Shown here one piece after another: positions 57,499 through 64,000 of a stretch of 64,000 nt of DNA. This DNA is from Eledone cirrhosa (taxonomy: Eukaryota), in assembly GCA_964016885.1 (NCBI GenBank), contig OZ024740.1, positions 425,692,001 to 425,756,000 of the forward strand, read 5' to 3'. Each line of letters starts with the position of its first letter. Position 1 is the stretch's first letter. Under the pieces are notes generated by a model, which saw only the letters and a program-made list of their open reading frames with translations, did not search any database and was not told where the DNA came from. Position numbers and translations under genes: made by a program.

Positions 57499-57600
57499 GG
57501 GTCATATTGTTGTAATAATATTGCCAGAAATAATAACAGAACACACTGACAGTGTGTTCTGTTATTATTTCTGGCAATATTATCACAACAATACGACCCT
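57499..57600. repeat. Near-perfect hairpin palindrome, about 50-bp arms, within a family Z end
   Basis: ..ataacagaacacactg-a-cagtgtgttctgttat.. Confidence 0.9.
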
Positions 57601-57681
57601 CCCCAAGTATAACAATATTTGTTTCGACACACGATTTCATATAAAAAACCTCGCAAAACAAAGTATATATATATATGTATA

Positions 57682-57802
<121 letters not shown>

Positions 57803-57924
57803 TTGTGTATAATGGTAGCTATGGTTCTTCCATAGGTGGTATGCCAAAATTAGCACTCAATATTCAGCAGTATACACGCAATAAATTGAGTCCAGATGCA
57901 TCACAGATTTTTCCTTTCTTTATC

Positions 57925-58007
<83 letters not shown>

Positions 58008-58678
58008 GGTTGTAGAGGGATCCGTAACTGGCTGCAACAATCTGTTGTTTTGAATTTGCCCTACCTCCCGCCTTCACACACACACACATATATATATAGT
58101 CTACTCTGATCAAACTAACATTCCACTTTAATTCTGTTATTTTTTTCTTGACATCTGATCGCTTCCTACGATATCAGATCCTTTCCACGTGAGCAGGCAA
58201 CGTTTATCTTTGTTTGGAAGCCCCTCTCCTCCTTGGTTGACCAACAGGCAAATATTTTAACAGAATTAAATATCTTCTCTCGCCCAAAACAACCCCACCC
58301 ACACCGTTTCTGATAAAGAATTCTATCTACCATTTATATGTTTCACTGAATCATAATTTTTGACCGATCAGCATCCGACATGATATGGGTGGGAGAATGT
58401 GTATAACGTTTGTATCTGTGTGGGTATATGTGGATGAAAATGTTTTAGTACGAGTGAATGCGCGTATATGAGTTGTTTGTATACGAGTTATATGTGTTTG
58501 TACTAGCTCTACACATTTCTGCCTCGATTTCTCTCTTTCATGTATCATTTCTACCATTAAATGTGAAATCTTAACACATCCTTCTCCCATTCCTGCAACT
58601 GTCCACCATTTTCTGGAGAACTCTTCGTAGGAGGAAATAACTAATCCTGTAAGAATTACTTTTTAATATGTATGTATG

Positions 58679-59193
58679 TCAGGTCTCTCTTGAGTGCTAC
58701 TGGTAACATGTAACCCGGTACAACCTGTCTCGTGGTCGGGTCGTCGGGGACTAAACCGGCAACCCCACCAAGCTAGCTTGGCTGGTATTTGGACAACCTG
58801 CGGGCTGAAATAAAAGACTCCGTAAAGGGCTGAGGAACTCAGCAAAATCAACGGCCGTCCAAATAGTACTTATTTTTCTTCTTTTTTTTTTCACCTGGGA
58901 ATGAAAGGCCCCCAGTTGTTACAAGACCTTTCTAAGAGAGGGAAACTCTAAAAAAGAAAGACCTGAAGCTTGGGAAGTATCCGATGATGTTAACCAGTTC
59001 GCCTTTTCGGGTAATGTTTGCGATGCTCAGAGAGTGGGATTGGTCGAGTATAAGGCTTTTCCCCACTTAAAAAAACCTTCAAAGCATTCAGGATGTTACA
59101 GGGCCGTGTGGCTGGCCGTAGCCTAAAAGTGCACCATTTTCTGTAATCTGACAAGCGATTGGAATATTCTTAGCAGAGTTTGCAGCCATCATG

Positions 59194-59256
<63 letters not shown>

Positions 59257-60296
59257 TGTATGTATGTATGTATGTAGAAGGAAAACTCTGATATAACACC
59301 TGCAACTCTGATGGTATCCAGTGATGTTGACATGTTCATCTTTTTGGTAAATATCATCTTGGTTAAGAGAGTGGGACTGGCTTTGTGCAGTGCCTTTGCT
59401 CACTATAAAAGCTTCACGGCACAGGCATTGCTTTATATCTGGAGATCTCTCTGCACTTGTCGTCACATGGTACCATGGGCCCAGCACTATGTGTCAATTG
59501 TCACAAGTGTAGTGTTTGTACCAGAGTTTTCAAGTCGCTGGCTGGACTAAAATGTCACACTCGTTCAGCGCATCGGTAGGGGTTCTCCTACATGGATATA
59601 AAGTAGTGGCCGTACTCGAAAACGAGTTGGCAGCCACCATGTATGTATGTATGTATGTATGTATGTATGTATGTATGTATGTATGTATGTATGTATGTAT
59701 GTATATCAGGTCACCAGTTGGTGCTACTGGTAACATGTATCCCAGTACAACCTGTCTCATGGCCGGGTCGTTGGCGACTAAACTGGCAACCCCACCAAGG
59801 TTTCTTGGTGATGAGGGTGACTTTGGACATCCTGCACGACTAAAAACAAAACCTGTCAAAGGGCAACGGAGCTCTTAAGAATCAATGGCCATCCAAAATC
59901 ACCGGGAGAGATGACCCCTTAGCCTTTGTCAAGGCAGAATTCTAGGAGAAGGAAAACTCTGATATAACACCTGCAACCCTGATGGTATCCAATGATGTTG
60001 ACTTGTTCTTCTTTTTGGTTAAGAGAGTGGGACTGGCTTTGTGCAGTGCCTTTGCTCACTATAAAAGCTTCACGGCACAGGCATTGCTTTATATCTGGAG
60101 AGATCTCTGCACTTGTCGTCACATGGTACCATGGGCCCAGCACTATGTGTCAGTAATTGTCACAAGTGTAGTGTTTGTACCAGAGTTTTCAAGTCGCTGG
60201 CTGGATTAAAAGTCACACTCGTTCAGCGCATCGGTAGGGGTTCTCCTACATGGATATAAAGTAGTGGCCGTACTCGAAAACGAGTTGGCAGCCACC
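58679..60296 (+). mobile_element. Three non-coding elements in (TATG)n: A 58679-59190, truncated B 59276-59638, full B 59706-60296
   Basis: A and B share about 180 nt of 5' end and the 3' end gagtt.gcagcca.c; each is followed by (atgt)n. Confidence 0.8.
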
Positions 60297-60682
60297 ATAT
60301 ATGTATGTATGCATGCATGTATGTATGGATGGATGGATGGATGGATGGATGGATGGATGGAAATATGTATGTACGTATGTATGCATGTACGTATGTATTT
60401 GGATATGTATGTGGGTATGTATGTATGTATGAGTATGTGGATATGTATGTATATGGGTATGTATCTATGCATGTGTGAAGGCGCGTGGCTTTGTGGTTAG
60501 GGTATCAGATCCCAATCATAAGGCCGTGAGTTGGATTGCGGCATTAAACTGTAGCCTGAGGTGGTCCAAGTCATTGAGGTGGGGTGATTTAGAGCAATGG
60601 AGTGGAAATGGATCTATAAGCCCATTCGGTGGAAGCAACAGATATGGTTCGTTTTAATTAAATCTCTTCGGTGAAGCATAGT

Positions 60683-60965
60683 GGAGGCGAGTGGTCTAGT
60701 GGTAAGATGTTGGCTTGCGATCGTAATGTCCCGGGTTTGATTCTTGGACTGGGTTGTGTGTTGTGTTCTTGAGCAAAACACTTCATTTCACGTTGCTCCA
60801 GTATATTCCGCTGAAAATAATTACTAACAGTGGCTAGAGGTTTAATTAACCCTGTGATGGACTGGTGCCCTGTCCAGGAGGGAATATTTTATTCTCAGTC
60901 TCTTCACGCCACAGAAGCTAGGATATGTACCGTTCTGATGAGCCTCAGACACGGGACTGACTTAG
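60683..60965 (+). mobile_element. tRNA-derived CORE-type SINE
   Basis: A box tggtctagtgg, B-box-like ggtttgattc, tgtgttcttgagcaaaacactt core, ccctgtgatggactgg block. Confidence 0.75.
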
Positions 60966-61321
60966 TTTAGCGAAGAATATTCACTCAACACGATTAGGTC
61001 TAAGAATTGTGGGATATAGATATAGTGAAAGGGATGTATGTATTAAGTAAGGCAGCAGATTATGTGTCGACAAAGGTTAAATTTAAAACACCTGAATGGA
61101 GAGCTCTGTATGGAGTGTATACATATAGAATCACACACTTCTCTAGGAGAAAACTTTTGATGTTACAAATATTTTTAGAGTTGCGTGTATCTGCGTTGTA
61201 TACACGCGTGTACATGTGTATATATATGTGTCTGTATGTGATGTGTCTTTGTCCATAGCAGTAACTGTAATGCTTGCTTTTCTGTTATTCTTTCTATCTC
61301 TCTATATACACATGTATACAC

Positions 61322-61474
<153 letters not shown>

Positions 61475-61556
61475 GACTAATGACACACGTGCGTTTTGCT
61501 TATTCTCTCTTTTTACAATCGTCTATATTTCATTTTTTTCTGTTATCTCTCATTCT

Positions 61557-61594
61557 GTCATCTGATGAAGGACGAACGCCCGAAACGTTAAGAC
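61557..61594 (+). ncRNA. Minimal hammerhead motif in (TA)n-flanked element 61475-61685
   Basis: GUCaU-CUGAUGA-aGG..CC-GAA-ACGU-U-AaGAC. Confidence 0.7.
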
Positions 61595-61752
61595 TCTCTT
61601 CTTACTATAACAAATGTTAAATGAATATATATTCATTGTACTGTATCGTTCCTCTGTGTTGCCTTACCCCGTTGACGTTTCGCACATATATATATGTGTG
61701 TGTGTGTGTGTGTACACTTGTGTATGCTTATGTATGTGTGTTTCAGTCTGTA

Positions 61753-61789
<37 letters not shown>

Positions 61790-61889
61790 ACTTGTGTATG
61801 CTTATGTATGTGTGTTTCAGTCTGTATGTATGTGTGCGTGCGTGTGTGTGTGCGTGCGTGTGTGTGTGTGTGTGCGTACGTGTGGGTGT

Positions 61890-61959
<70 letters not shown>

Positions 61960-62397
61960 CTACTCATCTCTATTCTCTCTACTCTCCATTTTCTTTTCTT
62001 TATTCACGTTCTTCATTTCGTAAATCCTGCCAGATAAACACACACAAAAACATGTCCTACACACACACAAACATGCCACTCACACACAAACATGCCACGC
62101 CCACCCATCCGACACACACACACACACCCACAAACATGCCCTAAACACACCCACACATAAACATGCCGCTCACACACACACTTACACATACCCAAAAACA
62201 TATCCGCCACACACAAACATGCCCCCCCCCCACATACACTCACACCTACACAAACATACACACACACACACACACATATATATACACACACATTCTCTCT
62301 CCACTTTTTCATTCTTATTGTTTTTATTCCATTCTTTCCCCCTCCAATTTCCATGTCTCATTCAACCTCTTTATACATCTATCACGTTTTCTCAGCT

Positions 62398-63037
62398 GGT
62401 GTGATATTCTCGCCAGTCACGCTCCACCGGGTGTGATATTCTCGCCAGTCACGCTCCACCGGGTGTGATATTCTCGCCAGTCACGCTCCACCGGGTGTGA
62501 TATTCTCGCCAGTCACGCTTCACCGGGTGCGATATTCTCGCCAGTCACGCTCCACCGGGTGCGATATTCTCGCCAGTCAAGCTCCACCGGGTGTGATATT
62601 CTCGCCAGTCACGCTCCACCGGGTGTGATATTCTCGCCAGTCACGCTCCACCGGGTGTGATATTCTCGCCAGTCACGCTCCACCGGGTGTGATATTCTCG
62701 CCAGTCACGCTCCACCGGGTGTGATATTCTCGCCAGTCACGCTTCACCGGGTGCGATATTCTCGCCAGTCACGCTCCACCGGGTGCGATATTCTCGCCAG
62801 TCAAGCTCCACCGGGTGTGATATTCTCGCCAGTCACGCTCCACCGGGTGTGATATTCTCGCCAGTCACGCTCCACCGGGTGTGATATTCTCGCCAGTCAC
62901 GCTCCACCGGGTGTGATATTCTCGCCAGTCACGCTCCACCGGGTGTGATATTCTCGCCAGTCACGCTTCACCGGGTGCGATATTCTCGCCAGTCACGCTC
63001 CACCGGGTGTGATATTCTCGCCAGCCAAGCTCCACCG
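62398..63037. repeat. 32-bp minisatellite, about 20 copies, with 224-bp higher-order period
   Basis: ggtgtgatattctcgccagtcacgctccaccg; gctt variant at 62517, 62741 and 62965. Confidence 0.97.
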
Positions 63038-63145
63038 CCTCTACCCGAATCACATTTCGAAACAATGAGACAAAACAAACAAAAGAAGTTCGTTAGTACT
63101 AGCATATATCCACCTCCAAGTTTAAAACTATTCTACTATAAGTGA

Positions 63146-64000
63146 ACCACATACACCACCCACGTTCCCCATCTATACAGCCTTCAATAGCCTATTTCTC
63201 TAACCACATACCCCACCCACGTTCCCCATCTATACAGCCTTCAATAGCTTATTTCTCTAACCACATACCCCACCTCCCGTTCCCCATCTATACAGCCTTC
63301 AATAGCCTATTTCTCTAACCACATACCCCACCTCCCGTTCCCCATCTATACAGCCTTCAATAGCCTATTTCTCTAACCACATACCCCACCCACGTTCCCC
63401 ATCTATACAGCCTTCAATAGCTTATTTCTCTAACCACATACCCCACCTCCCGTTCCCCATCTATACAGCCTTCAATAGCCTATTTCTCTAACCACTACAC
63501 CACCTCCCGTTCCCCATCTATACAGCCTTCAATAGCCTATTTCTCTAACCACATACCCCACCCACGTTCCCCATCTATACAGCCTTCAATAGCCTATTTC
63601 TCTAACCACATACCCCACCCACGTTCCCCATCTATACAGCCTTCAATAGCCTATTTCTCTAACCACTACACCACCTCCCGTTCCCCATCTATACAGCCTT
63701 CAATAGCCTATTTCTCTAACCACATACCCCACCCACGTTCCCCATCTATACAGCCTTCAATAGCCTATTTCTCTAACCACATACCCCACCCACGTTCCCC
63801 ATCTATACAGCCTTCAATAGCCTATTTCTCTAACCACATACCCCACCCACGTTCCCCATCTATACAGCCTTCAATAGCCTATTTCTCTAACCACTACACC
63901 ACCTCCCGTTCCCCATCTATACAGCCTTCAATAGCTTATTTCTCTAACCACATACCCCACCTCCCGTTCCCCATCTATACAGCCTTCAATAGCCTATTTC
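63146..64000. repeat. 57-58-bp tandem repeat, about 15 copies, running off the window end
   Basis: aaccacataccccacc(ca/tcc)cgttccccatctatacagccttcaatagcctatttctct. Confidence 0.97.

Overview
Repeat-saturated, AT-rich animal genomic DNA; the SINE families and microsatellite load suggest a cephalopod such as octopus (inferred). No host gene is confidently identifiable. Contents: a nearly intact R4/Dong-clade non-LTR retrotransposon plus two truncated relatives in (TAA)n; Tx1/L1-clade elements sitting in (TATC)n; an RTE fragment; tRNA-derived SINEs; three MITEs; tandem arrays; and many short non-coding elements embedded in (TA)n. Many of these (TA)n elements carry hammerhead ribozyme (HHR) motifs, as Penelope-like pLTRs or retrozymes do, and often form outward-pointing palindromes. 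The most unusual signal is a two-copy family whose three HHR strands lie in an order matching none of HHR types I, II or III, with compensatory changes in stem I. All RNA structures were paired by eye and none is tested.
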